Source: Candidatus Methanomethylicia archaeon (GTDB taxonomy: Archaea > Thermoproteota > Methanomethylicia > CALHIW01). Taken from it: DNA of 64,000 nucleotides. The notes beneath the pieces were generated by a model that made no database searches, had not been told where the DNA came from, and saw only the letters and a program-made list of their open reading frames with translations. The DNA is taken from NCBI GenBank assembly GCA_038845975.1, contig JAWBQF010000001.1, positions 32,733-96,732 of the forward strand, given 5' to 3'. Shown piece by piece: positions 41,448 through 52,309 of the stretch. Position numbers and translations under genes: made by a program. Positions within the stretch are counted from its first letter, which is position 1, and every line of letters starts with the position of its first letter.

Positions 41448-42602
41448 CTATAGAATACACTTAAATACTGCAGTTTCAAGTCTTCCATGCATTACATGTC
41501 TTACATCAATTATCTTAATACCAATTTCTAAAGCCGTCTTTAGGAATTTTTGCTTAGCTGCTGTAATTAGAGTTAGTGTTAATCCACTATAAATATCTGA
41601 AATAGATTCTAGAAATTTCCTATAGAGCTCTTCAACATATCCAGTTCTTTTCTCTCTTAAACCATATGGAGGATTAACTATAATGTATTTAGGATCTAAA
41701 TCTATATATGAGTCTATTTTTATAGCATCTCTAAGAAATAGTTTTACAGTATCATTAACATCAGCTGAAACTAGGTTTTCATATGCTCCATGAATGTGTT
41801 TAGGTGATATTTCAAAACCGTATATTTCATAGTAGCCATAGTTAACCTTACTCCATACTAGTTCAGAAATTTTTTTATATAGGTTTTCATCGTGAATTTT
41901 TAATTTCCTAAATGCGTAGTCTCTCCTAAACTTTAATATTGGAATATTTCTAGCCATAAGCGCCGCCTCAATAATTATTGTTCCACCACCACACATGGGG
42001 TCAAGAACAGGTTCCCCCCTCCACTTAGAATACATAAGCATTGCTGATGCAATCGTTGATTTAAGAGCTGCTGGGTGATTATAAACTCTATAGCCTCTTC
42101 TATGTAATGAGTCCCCCGTTGTATTTATACCAATAATGAGCTCTTCATTCCTAATTAAACATAAAACCTCGATATCTGGCCTATCTAAATTAACCTTTAA
42201 TCTAACACCCGTATCCATCATGTAGCTATCTATTACGCCCTTACCAATCTTAGCAGCCGCCTCAATACTTGTAAAGTCATGACTACCTGTCCTTACAGTT
42301 CTTATAGCAAAGGACTGGTCTGGCTTTATATACTCAACGTAACTTAGGTTTTTAGCTATTTTGTAAATATCATTCAAATCATTAAATCTTCCTCTATAAA
42401 GAACTATTATAAGTTTATGAATTGTTCTTGACGTCATATTAATGATATAGATATCTTCAATATTGCCCCTAAAAAATATCTTATTAACATCAACATCTAT
42501 ATTATATTTAGTAATTCTTCTAACTTCCTCCCCACATATATCTTCCAGTCCCCAATTAGTTGTAGCTACAAGATCATACATGATGGTGATTAAATTCTGC
42601 AT
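41448..42602 (-). CDS. trm14: THUMP-domain tRNA (guanine-N2) methyltransferase, Trm14-like
   Basis: TTGDSLHRRGYRVYNHPAAL, DPMCGGGT and NPPYG motifs; start may be 42578. Confidence 0.85.
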   Translation of the reverse strand: MQNLITIMYDLVATTNWGLEDICGEEVRRITKYNIDVDVNKIFFRGNIEDIYIINMTSRTIHKLIIVLYRGRFNDLNDIYKIAKNLSYVEYIKPDQSFAIRTVRTGSHDFTSIEAAAKIGKGVIDSYMMDTGVRLKVNLDRPDIEVLCLIRNEELIIGINTTGDSLHRRGYRVYNHPAALKSTIASAMLMYSKWRGEPVLDPMCGGGTIIIEAALMARNIPILKFRRDYAFRKLKIHDENLYKKISELVWSKVNYGYYEIYGFEISPKHIHGAYENLVSADVNDTVKLFLRDAIKIDSYIDLDPKYIIVNPPYGLREKRTGYVEELYRKFLESISDIYSGLTLTLITAAKQKFLKTALEIGIKIIDVRHVMHGRLETAVFKCIL

Positions 42603-43365
42603 TCCTTTGTAAATGTTTTAAAATTGGGCAGCTTAAAAAGCTATGTAAAGTTCGATGTTAAATTAATTATGAATTCATCACAAACCTTTATTTGATTTAA
42701 CTATATTGATTCATGAAATTTACACTTCATTTATCTATCAACCTATCTGAAAAATTCTTAAAGAGGTTTGATTGTAAACCTAGATAGTAAAGTTTCAGGT
42801 ATTCTCATGAAGAAACATTCAATAATCAAATTATTATTTTCAAAGAGCTGCTTTTATATTTAAAGTATAAATTCTCACGAACTACTGCAGTAAATAATTC
42901 CGACAAACTATTTAAATACTATTAAAAGATCGAATGATTCTACATGAATTCCATGTTTAATGCTGAAGATTAGAGTTTTGAAAACTATTAGATCCTAAGA
43001 CTCTGGTTAGCACTATGTATTTATATTAGCTATTTAGAAAGATGCTAAAGTATTAATTGAACATCATAATGCATCTAGGATGATTGTTAGTAAGTTTAAA
43101 TATGAGTAAGCTTCGCTATTAGTAAGATGCTGTTACTTTATATTTAGGCTTTCATCAACCTCTAAGGTAAATACATTAACAGTCTTACACTGGAAGACAG
43201 CATATTTTAATGTTATTATAAGAGGTAAATAACATTAAAATACTAGAATCTAACATAATATAAAAGGGTGAACTTAAGCTGTTAGGTTTAAAGTTAATAA
43301 GTAAGATTAAGATTTGGCTAAATAACTTAAAGTTTAAGGTTAATTTTTACTCTAGAATATCGGAA

Positions 43366-43902
43366 TTGGGTGAAATAGCTCGTAGATACTTTGTTATGAA
43401 TGCCTTTGATGGAGTATTAGCAATTCTCGGATTAATAGCTGGTACACATATTGCTGGAAACGTTAACCCTAAGATAGTTTTAGGCTCTGGTTTAGGATTA
43501 TCCTTAACAATCTCGATATCGGGATTTTCGGGAGCATATATAGTTGAGAGAGCAGAGAGAAGTCGGAAGTTAAGGGAAATTAAGAAAGCACTTTTTATAG
43601 ATGTTAATGAGACATTACTTGATAAGGCTACGAATTTATCAGTAATTTTGATAGCATTTATAAATGCTGCGGCTCCATTAGTGACATCTATATTGGCTTT
43701 AGCACCATATATTTTAGCATCATTCAATATTATAACGTTAATGCAGGCTTTTATATTTTCACTATTAGTAATACTAATAATGCTATTTACACTAGGCTAC
43801 TACTTAGGAAGAATTACTGGTAGATCACCGTTAAAATATGGTTTAATAACCTTAATTATAGGGTTAGTTGTAGGTTTCTTAGTAATGATTTTAACAGGGT
43901 AA
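43366..43902 (+). CDS. VIT1/CCC1-like membrane protein (TIGR00267-type)
   Basis: ARRYFVMNAFDG and SG..GAY.VERAER motifs; the frame is open upstream to about 43264. Confidence 0.8.
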   Translation: MGEIARRYFVMNAFDGVLAILGLIAGTHIAGNVNPKIVLGSGLGLSLTISISGFSGAYIVERAERSRKLREIKKALFIDVNETLLDKATNLSVILIAFINAAAPLVTSILALAPYILASFNIITLMQAFIFSLLVILIMLFTLGYYLGRITGRSPLKYGLITLIIGLVVGFLVMILTG

Positions 43903-43939
43903 AATGAAAATTTAAATAAGCATGTTACTATAGTAAAAC

Positions 43940-44215
43940 GTGACTGTTGGTATAAGAAGGCTTGTTTTAGATGTATTGAAGCCAAGAGAAGTTACAATAG
44001 TGGATATTTCGAAAGCGCTATGCGCTGTTGATGGAGTTGAAGAAGTAAACGTAGTAGTAACCGAGGTGGATGTGAAAACAGAAACTATAAAACTAACAAT
44101 TAAAGGTTCAAATATATGTTATGATGATATAGCCAAGGTTCTTACAGGTTACAGCTGTGCTATTAGAAGTATAGATGAGGTAGATGTCTATAAGCATAAA
44201 CTGGTAAGAGCTTAG
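43940..44215 (+). CDS. DUF211 family protein
   Basis: IRRLVLDVLKP..GVEEVN..IRSIDEV; typical VIT1 neighbour. Confidence 0.88.
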   Translation: MTVGIRRLVLDVLKPREVTIVDISKALCAVDGVEEVNVVVTEVDVKTETIKLTIKGSNICYDDIAKVLTGYSCAIRSIDEVDVYKHKLVRA

Positions 44216-44484
44216 CTTTCATTAAGTTCTACTGTAATTATTTTGCTATTATTACAGCTTTTCAATATCTCTCTACAGCTGTCAGGAAGCTTAGAAGTGA
44301 TTAGAACAGCGTTTTTCACTTTAGTATCAAAACATTTAATATAGAATGCTATAATATTGGCATCAGAAGGATTTAACATTACATCTAGAGCAAGATATTT
44401 TGAATCATTATTAATAATGACATCAAATCTATGTTTAATACCGGAAATACCCTCAATTTCATAGTTATACTTTACATTCTGCAT
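44212..44484 (-). CDS. Small restriction-endonuclease-fold (Mrr-like) protein, probably inactive
   Basis: IEGISGIKHRFDV motif. Confidence 0.5.
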   Translation of the reverse strand: MQNVKYNYEIEGISGIKHRFDVIINNDSKYLALDVMLNPSDANIIAFYIKCFDTKVKNAVLITSKLPDSCREILKSCNNSKIITVELNES

Positions 44485-44885
44485 GTGCTATCAGACTCCT
44501 CATGCTTTAATTGTTAAAAATAATGTGAAGGTCTTTCTTAAAAATGCTTCTTTAAAAACTTACTAATTTTAGCGGAGACTTTCAGTAACTTTTAAAATTT
44601 AAAAAGCTATAACATGTATTGAGTTTCCCCTCACATTTTCCAGCAAATGATATTTACTACTCAGTCTATACAAGGCACTAATAGTTTAGCTAATACTTCT
44701 ATTATAGAATGTTTAAAACATAATATAATAGAAACAATTATTTACTAGAGGAAGTAATCAGTAACTAATTAGGTAAACGATGAAAGCTATGCTTTATGGT
44801 AAGAACATTGGGTTATATTTATAACTTTACGGCTTATTATGTAGAATCTTTATGTTCTACCTATTTATGTAAAACATTTAGGATT

Positions 44886-44976
44886 GAGCCTATCTGAAAA
44901 CTCTATAATTATTGGTAGTTAACTTAATTAACCTAATTAAGTCTTAACAACATTTAAAGAGTTTTCAGATGAGTTC
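44886..44976. mobile_element. About 90-bp MITE with 3-bp TSD (copy 1)
   Basis: TIRs GAGCCTATCTGAAAACTC / GAGTTTTCAGATGAGTTC; TSD ATT; second copy at 56706-56794. Confidence 0.82.
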
Positions 44977-45295
44977 ATTAATTAATGGGGTACTTCAAAT
45001 ATTTAAGATTTTCATACTCTATATTTCATATACATTATTATACGTAAATGTTATTGTTTCCTAATCATCGAAACTGAAATTATTGTCTATCAAACACTAT
45101 TTCAATAAGAACTGAGGTTGAATATGTTGAATCCTTAACAATAAATATATGTATTCTTAAAGTTATGAGAAAAATTAAGCCATGAATATCATTCATTAAG
45201 CTCTAACTTTCCTTAATTTTTCTAAATTCTATTAAATAATGAGAAGCTGATTTTCTATATGTCCTATGGTATTAACATTGATAGAATTAAATCAG

Positions 45296-45736
45296 TTACT
45301 TGTTTAATATCCATGTTTCACCGCGTTCTGTTACTTCCTTTTTCCATATTGGTACTTCATGTTTTACTCTTTCTACAATTTCCATTAGTGCCTGAAATGC
45401 CTCTTTTCTATGTTTTGCTGCTACAAATACGTAAAATGTTTCTTCTCCAATAGCTGCTTCCCCAGTTTTATGATAAATTTGAACATCAACTACTCCGTAT
45501 TTACTTATTGTTTCTTCAGCTATTTTATTCATTCTCTTTAATGCTTCATCACTATACACTTCATAAACCAATTTTGAAACCCTCCCTCCATTTCTTCCCA
45601 TTTCCCTAACCACCCCTATAAATGATATTATACATCCAATTTTACCTATGTTTTCATTTTCTATCTTATCTATAATCTCCTTAATGTTTATCTCCTTATC
45701 CTTTATTATAGCTATATTCATGTAGACACCAAACAA
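45296..45736 (-). CDS. moaE: Molybdopterin synthase catalytic subunit
   Basis: FIGVVR, HRKEAF and KHEVPIWKKE motifs. Confidence 0.93.
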   Translation of the reverse strand: MFGVYMNIAIIKDKEINIKEIIDKIENENIGKIGCIISFIGVVREMGRNGGRVSKLVYEVYSDEALKRMNKIAEETISKYGVVDVQIYHKTGEAAIGEETFYVFVAAKHRKEAFQALMEIVERVKHEVPIWKKEVTERGETWILNK

Positions 45737-45778
45737 TTTATTAATACTAAGTGTTTTAAATTTTAGTTTGGTGATTAT

Positions 45779-46828
45779 GTGAAGATTTCAGTAGTTATAC
45801 CGACATATAATGAACGTGAAAACCTTCCAATACTTGTTGATAGGTTATTTAAGGCTCTTAACGGTTTTGATTTTGAAATTATTATTATTGATGATAATAG
45901 TCCTGATGGTACATGGATGGTAGCTGAATCTCTCATGTTAAAGTATAGTGGAAAAATTAGAGTTTTAAAAAGACCTAATAAGCTTGGCTTAGCTTCAGCT
46001 ATTATTGATGGGTTTAAGCTTTCTTATGGAGATGTTATAGTAGTCATGGATGCTGATCTCCAACACCCTCCTGAAGCTTTAAGAAGTCTTATTAAACCGA
46101 TTGAGGCTGGCAATGCTGATCTTGTTATTGCTTCAAGATACGTTAGGGATGGATATATTGAAGGATGGAGTTTCTGGAGAGTTCTTGTTTCCCGTATAGC
46201 TACTTTAATATCTCATATGATTCTACCGGAAACAAGAAGTATTAAGGACCCCATGTCTGGATTCTTTATTTTAAGGAGAAGCATTATCAGTGGATCTAGC
46301 TTTAACCCTAAAGGCTATAAGATTCTACTTGAAATTCTTGTTAAGACTAGGCCTCTAAGATTTGTTGAGATTCCATATGTTTTTAAGGCTCGTAAACTTG
46401 GAAGCAGTAAACTCAACTTTAACGAGTATGTGAATTTTTTAAATCATATATTTAAGCTTTCAAATTATCGTCCATTGAAGTTTGCTCTTGTTGGATTGAG
46501 TGGAGTTCTCGTTAATCTCGGATTACTGGAGATGCTTATTCGTTTTAGTTTGAATATTTATTTAGCTAGTGCATGTTCGATAGAGATATCGATAGTAAAC
46601 AATTATCTGTTTAATACTTTATGGACTTTTAGGAATAGGCTTAAAAGCGGATTTATTAAAGCCTTTGCTAGATATCATATTGCTGTTGCTTTAGGAGCTG
46701 TAATGAATTGGGCTGTATTTGCTGTATTAGTGTTTTTTAATCTTCACTATATCATATCTCAGCTTATTGGAATTTTTTTAGGTTATTTAGTGAATTATGT
46801 TTTAAGTGAATATTATGTCTGGAGTTAA
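45779..46828 (+). CDS. Dolichol-phosphate glycosyltransferase (GT2) with GtrA domain
   Basis: PTYNEREN, DDNSPDGT, MDADLQHPP and DPMSGFF motifs; four C-terminal TMs. Confidence 0.92.
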   Translation: MKISVVIPTYNERENLPILVDRLFKALNGFDFEIIIIDDNSPDGTWMVAESLMLKYSGKIRVLKRPNKLGLASAIIDGFKLSYGDVIVVMDADLQHPPEALRSLIKPIEAGNADLVIASRYVRDGYIEGWSFWRVLVSRIATLISHMILPETRSIKDPMSGFFILRRSIISGSSFNPKGYKILLEILVKTRPLRFVEIPYVFKARKLGSSKLNFNEYVNFLNHIFKLSNYRPLKFALVGLSGVLVNLGLLEMLIRFSLNIYLASACSIEISIVNNYLFNTLWTFRNRLKSGFIKAFARYHIAVALGAVMNWAVFAVLVFFNLHYIISQLIGIFLGYLVNYVLSEYYVWS

Positions 46829-47573
46829 TGTTTTAACAAATACTGAGCTGGAGAGATTTAATAGGCAAATCAAGCTGTTCGGTGTTAATGGCCAGAGGAA
46901 AATAAAATGTTCAAGTATTCTTGTTGTTGGTGTTGGTGGTCTTGGCTGTTCAGCATTAATGTATTTAGCATCAGCTGGATTTGGCAAAATTATATTTGTA
47001 GATAGCGATATTGTCGAGCTTAATAATTTAAATAGACAGGTACTTCATTGGGAGGATGATATTGGAAGAGCGAAGGTTGAATCAGCTATTTGGAAACTTA
47101 AAAAAATCAATAGCAATATTCAGCTTGAGGGTTTAAATACTGAGTTTAATGAGGAAATAGGCGAGGATCTTGTTAGAAATGCCGATGTTATTCTTGACTG
47201 TCTCGACAATTTTAAAACTAGATTTATTTTGAATAGACTATGTATTAAGTATCGTAAACCTCTTATTCATGGTGCTGTATATGGATTTGAAGGTAGACTT
47301 CTTACAGTAATTCCAGGTAAAGGTCCATGTCTACAGTGTGTAATACCATTTCAACCTACTGAGACCTTAGATCTTCCAGTAGTTGGATCTACACCTGCTG
47401 TTATAGCTTCACTTCAAGTTACTGAAGCCATAAAAATAGTTACAGGTATCGGCCATCCTTCAGTTGGTAAACTTATAGTTTATGATGGCGAGTTTATGAA
47501 TTTCTTTGAGGTATCTGTTAAAAAAAGAAATGATTGTCCTACATGTAGCTTAACAAGTTATGGAGATCTATAG
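46815..47573 (+). CDS. E1-like ThiF/MoeB/UbaA enzyme
   Basis: RFNRQ, GVGGLG, NNLNRQ and DCLDN motifs; two CxxC pairs. Confidence 0.9.
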   Translation: MSGVNVLTNTELERFNRQIKLFGVNGQRKIKCSSILVVGVGGLGCSALMYLASAGFGKIIFVDSDIVELNNLNRQVLHWEDDIGRAKVESAIWKLKKINSNIQLEGLNTEFNEEIGEDLVRNADVILDCLDNFKTRFILNRLCIKYRKPLIHGAVYGFEGRLLTVIPGKGPCLQCVIPFQPTETLDLPVVGSTPAVIASLQVTEAIKIVTGIGHPSVGKLIVYDGEFMNFFEVSVKKRNDCPTCSLTSYGDL

Positions 47574-48570
47574 CCTTAATTTTCTCTATTTCATTTTTTC
47601 CCGGCTTTAAAGGATAGTTATAGTATGGTCCTGTAGGTTCCTCATTGTAGTATGGTCTATTACAATCTGGACATCCCCTAGTTATAAATGGTAAACCTGA
47701 ATCTATAATTTTTAAGAGCTTATCTTTTTCAATATTTATCCTTAAAACTTCACTTTTACTATTAAACTCTATATCCTCTAGCTTGATAATTTCTTTCTCA
47801 AGAAGATATGTTGAAAGCTGTAATCTTCTATATTTCTCTACGCTTGGCTTTGCTACATGCTCTAACCTTGTTCCCTGTATTGGAGTAAAGGCAAAAAGCC
47901 CTATTAAAGCACCCTTATTAATAACTTCATTTACAAATTTTATAGTTTCATACTCATTCTCACCAAGCCCTATGATTATATGAACTGTAACATTTCCTTT
48001 TCCAAAGACCTTTAATGCATTATCTAGAAATTTAACATGTTGGTTCCAGCTATATGTTTCACCCTTAATTTCACTAAATATTTCCGGATTTACAGCATCA
48101 AACGATATACCGATACGTTCAACTCCTATTGATTTAAACTCTTTAAGAACATTGATGCTAACTGGCGGTGTAGATAAGGATATCGGTATACCAATACTAC
48201 TTAATGAATTAACAATTCTAGAAATGTCTCTTACAAACCCATTATAGTTTAATGCTTGAACACATATACGCTTCACAGTTTTACTATTTAAAGCATCAAT
48301 AACATCACTAAGCTTAAATTTAGGCCATAAAACTCGTGAAAGCATATCTGATCTTCCCTTTGAATTTCTTGCTTGTGGGCAGAATGCACAGTTAGCTTTA
48401 CATTTACCATTATAATAGGTCATTAGGTACGCTGTAGTAGGTGTAGCTTGACAGATACCTTTAACTAATTTAAGTAGAATTGCAGTGCCTATTGAAACTC
48501 TAATATAATGCATAACTTTACATATTTTAAAACTATAAAAATATTCTATGGCTAATTTAGATAGTGACAT
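47539..48570 (-). CDS. Radical SAM protein (BioB-like archaeal family)
   Basis: CKANCAFCPQAR, LSRVLWP and GCPDCNRPYYNE motifs. Confidence 0.85.
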   Translation of the reverse strand: MSLSKLAIEYFYSFKICKVMHYIRVSIGTAILLKLVKGICQATPTTAYLMTYYNGKCKANCAFCPQARNSKGRSDMLSRVLWPKFKLSDVIDALNSKTVKRICVQALNYNGFVRDISRIVNSLSSIGIPISLSTPPVSINVLKEFKSIGVERIGISFDAVNPEIFSEIKGETYSWNQHVKFLDNALKVFGKGNVTVHIIIGLGENEYETIKFVNEVINKGALIGLFAFTPIQGTRLEHVAKPSVEKYRRLQLSTYLLEKEIIKLEDIEFNSKSEVLRINIEKDKLLKIIDSGLPFITRGCPDCNRPYYNEEPTGPYYNYPLKPGKNEIEKIKAIDLHNLLSYM

Positions 48571-48890
48571 CTAATAAGCTCAATAATTTTAACTATAGTT
48601 CCACGATAAGTAAGAAAAGAGCCCTAAACAAAGCTAAAATTCACAGAATGGTCTAATAGACTATATAAACCTTAGATATGAAAGTATATGTAGTTATGAT
48701 TTAGGTTCATGAAGATAGTTGATATTCAGAGTAAGTTTATTATACTTCCTAGTTATCAGTCAACTCCAAACCTTAAATTGAAGCTTAATGAAATATAGTT
48801 GGGGATGATAACATGCTTAAGTCCACAAAACTATGTGATGTTAAGTAAAGCTTATAAGCTGAGTGTATTATCATAATATTTAGTGATAGT

Positions 48891-49838
48891 ATGAGTTTAT
48901 GGAGACTTAGACTATCCATGATTGGATCGCTTACGCTAATTATAGGTATATCAACGCTTTTTCTAGCATTACTGCTTAGTCTATTAGGCTCATTAACTCT
49001 GTGGTCCCTCATTGGGTTTGTAGTAGTATTTAATATTTTGCAGTGGCTTATTGCACCCTATATTATTAATATTATGTACCATGTTAGAGAAGCTAATCCA
49101 TATGAGCATCGATGGCTTTATGAGGCACTAGATAGAGTTGTTGAGAAGTCAGGATTAGGAAGAACACCTAAACTTATGATTGCAAATCTTCCAATACCTA
49201 ATGCATTTGCTTATGGTAGTCCTCTTACAGGTCCGATGATTGCAATTACATCATCTATGTTAACATCTCTTAGTAGGAGTGAGATTGAAGCTGTTATTGG
49301 ACATGAAGTCGGGCATTTAAAGCATAGAGATGTACAAGTTATGATGTTTGTCTCAATGCTTCCAGCTATAATAGCTATAGCTTCAAGAATACTTTTATTC
49401 TCCGGAGTTTATAGAGATAACCGTAATAAGGGTAGTGCTCTAGCTCTTATTGGAATGATCGGTATGGTTGTTTACTTTATGCTAAGTCTACTTATACTAT
49501 GGTTTAGTAGACAAAGGGAATACTATGCTGATAGACATAGCGTAAATATTGTTGATAATGGCGCATCCAATCTTGCTTTAGCTCTTGCTAAGATATCAAA
49601 TAGTGCGTATAGCTATAAGCTTAGAGGTGGTGACACTACATATTTTGAAGGGTTTAAAACATTATTCATAGCAGATCCATCAGCTGCAAAACCAGTACAA
49701 ATATCCAGTAGGGGTTGGGAGCTTGTTGAGAAAATAGCTTCACGTAAACTATCATTCCTTGACACTTTATCTGAATTGTTCAGTACACATCCACACATAG
49801 TAAAAAGAATAAGAACGTTATTATCATTATCTAAGTAA
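48891..49838 (+). CDS. htpX: HtpX-family M48 zinc protease
   Basis: PNAFAYG, HEVGH, SRQREYYAD and FSTHP motifs. Confidence 0.93.
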   Translation: MSLWRLRLSMIGSLTLIIGISTLFLALLLSLLGSLTLWSLIGFVVVFNILQWLIAPYIINIMYHVREANPYEHRWLYEALDRVVEKSGLGRTPKLMIANLPIPNAFAYGSPLTGPMIAITSSMLTSLSRSEIEAVIGHEVGHLKHRDVQVMMFVSMLPAIIAIASRILLFSGVYRDNRNKGSALALIGMIGMVVYFMLSLLILWFSRQREYYADRHSVNIVDNGASNLALALAKISNSAYSYKLRGGDTTYFEGFKTLFIADPSAAKPVQISSRGWELVEKIASRKLSFLDTLSELFSTHPHIVKRIRTLLSLSK

Positions 49839-50966
49839 TAGTATCATCACTAATGATTTAATACTTAAACCTAAGATGTTTATATATGGTTTAAATTTTG
49901 AATTGATTTTTACTTAGCGAACTTGATAACCAATAGATAAGATATTATATATCATAACCACATTCAATGAGTAGCGCAAAATTCACTATTTAGATTCTGA
50001 TTATAGATTGAAAAATATTCCACTATTTTTTCCATCATTAGTATAGCTAGACCAATACTGTCAAGCTAGTATATAGAGCATGATAATCAGCAACTCAACT
50101 TAAAATATCAATTTATTAGTACCAATATGAAGAATAACACTAAGTTTTCTTAATAAGAGTGAATTTATGAATAAGTCGGCACTCCATGAACTACTATAGT
50201 AAGTATTAAAACTTTCTAAATTCTATAGTGTTTCTCGAATAATTTTAGCAACACTCAATTATTGGAGTATATTAAGATCAAGGCCGTAACCTGGTAAATT
50301 TCACAAAATACTATACTCCATGAAAGATTTCAACATCATGTCTAAGCTAGGTTTTCAAGGATTTTTAACAGTTGTGAAACTTTTAATGTAAACCATAAAC
50401 TATGTCCTAATAGTTAATATTCTGGTATAACCAATATCTAGGTATAAACTTGATATTGTCATAAGCTTAATCAGTCTTATCTAGAACTATAAATTCCCAG
50501 AACTATGATGAGTTTATGCTAATTCTTCTTAACTTGCTAATCTATTTATAACCTTATTGCTTAACACTGTATTTTGTATTATTCATTAAATATTACGATT
50601 ATAAAGATATTGTAGGATATCCTAGACGTGACAACTTAGCATATTGTAGCTTTTTTCTTAAGTTGTCAGTCCCGATTTCCTGTATTTATGTAAATTAGAT
50701 TTATGAATTTTAAATAAGCCATAAAATACCTATATCTTAATAAAGCTCAGAAAGTATTTTATAAATTAGGTGCCCACATTATGTTAAATGTAAATTTTAA
50801 GATTAATTAGAACTCTTGCTTCCCTTAAACATCTAACTCCTTAATTAAACCTAGTACTAACATGAACACATCAGTAATAGTGTCCATACAACCGCTTAAG
50901 TTGCTACATTTAGTTCATTAGTACAAACATTTTTAAGCCTGTCTATAGTATTTCATTAGCCCGGGA

Positions 50967-51072
50967 AGCCCGGTGGAAGTTTACCTGCCGATTGTAGTGG
51001 CCAAGCATAGCGGGCTTTGGAGCTTAGCGAAGAGCCCCGCTGACGGGAGTTCGAATCTCCCCCGGGCTACCA
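50967..51072 (+). tRNA. tRNA-Gln(UUG) with two introns (50977-50992 at position 10/11; 51021-51034 at 37/38), CCA encoded
   Basis: Spliced sequence folds into a full cloverleaf: AGCCCGG/CCGGGCT, GTGT/GCAT, GCGGG/CCCGC, GGGAG-TTCGAAT-CTCCC, A1-U72; BHB motifs at both introns; TATA at 50930. Confidence 0.92.
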
Positions 51073-51149
51073 TAGGTATGTAATATTTGTTAAGTCTTTA
51101 TTTTTAGTTTCTGTTCTAATGATTTTACTTTATTGTATTTCTGTTCTCT

Positions 51150-51700
51150 TCATGTTTTATTATTCTTAATACTACGTTCGTCATTGTGCTGCATCTTTTA
51201 GTTTATTTTGAATTCTTATGAGAATATTTTGAACTTCTAAGCTTGGATATTACATGTTTCACTACCACCCTAGTTTTAGATGGTTTATGATTATGCTCTT
51301 TTATTAATTCTTTGGCTTTCCTACTCTCATGATTCTTCCAGTAATTCTTTTCTTAAGGGTTATGAGGTATCCTATTCCTAAAGTACTTCTTTACTTCTTC
51401 ATACCTAAATTGAAGTATTGTTTGTTGGAGATTAGGCGGCTCATACACATTTTTATATTGTATCTTCTATTTGTAGCATAGGAGGCTTTACGAATGTGAA
51501 GCTATAGTGTTCGCCATGACCTCTGTCTTAACAGTATGCCTTCTCCCGCCAAAGTAATAGATTATTTCTACACTATTTTTCAGTATAAGTATTCCCTGCT
51601 CAGTAGTGTCTATGAAGACCTTAAAGCTTGAAGTAGTCTTCCAACATCACGGTCTTAAGCCTCTTCAGTATCCTCCATATTTTCTAAGTATCGATATACA
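51150..51700 (-). pseudogene. Fragmented IS5-family (ISL2/DDE_Tnp_4-like) transposase; boundaries approximate
   Basis: Minus-strand fragments VFIDTTEQ, YFGGRRHTVKTEV and EHNHKPSKTRVVVKHVISKL. Confidence 0.6.
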
Positions 51701-52106
51701 CTCTTTAACTAGAGAATTAATCATACATGTATCTCTTAACATATTACTATGATCTATGCTAAAACAAGACTTTAGAAGTATAGAAGTAATGTATAATCTG
51801 TAGTACGTTAATAATATCAACAATATTATCTATAAGCTCTAGCCTGAAAGACCTACTAGCTCTAATCCCCTTCTCTTACAACTATACAGTCTAGTAGTCT
51901 CAACTAACCTATATATATAAAAAATTGGACTCTAAATTATCAATCTTTCTGTTAAAAGATAAAGAATAGATATTGTTCTATATAGCGGTTTCCTTGAGGT
52001 ATCTGTAATTTTGCGCTAACAGTAGAGATGTATTCCATAAATGTCTAGCGAGTTTAAATAGGATAAGATAAGAAAGGTGGAAGCTGCATAATAATGGTTA
52101 AGCTTA

Positions 52107-52238
52107 AGCTTTGTGGCTTAATATTCATTTCTCGTAATCTATATCATTAAATACTATGGTTATAGGAATGCTTATTAAGCTTTTTCGTACTTTATGTAAA
52201 CTTGAATTTGCAAAATTTCGGAATTAAGCCACAAAGCA
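52107..52238. mobile_element. MITE of about 131 bp (copy 2, inverted)
   Basis: Reverse complement of 4770-4900, with only a couple of differences seen. Confidence 0.88.
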
Positions 52239-52309
52239 TAAGCTCTGTATAGTTACCATTAGTGATAGCATTAGATTAATGGGACTAGTCAGCTACAAAA
52301 ATCTCACTA

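Noticed and set aside
46815-47573. E1-like enzyme lacking the crossover-loop Cys
   Set aside because: That Cys is not universally required in ThiF/MoeB-family enzymes, so its absence is weak evidence of novelty
50958-50973. Reading the AGCCCGG duplication as a third intron or as an att site
   Set aside because: A 9-nt intron is too short for a BHB; there is no integrase and no tRNA 3'-end duplication nearby
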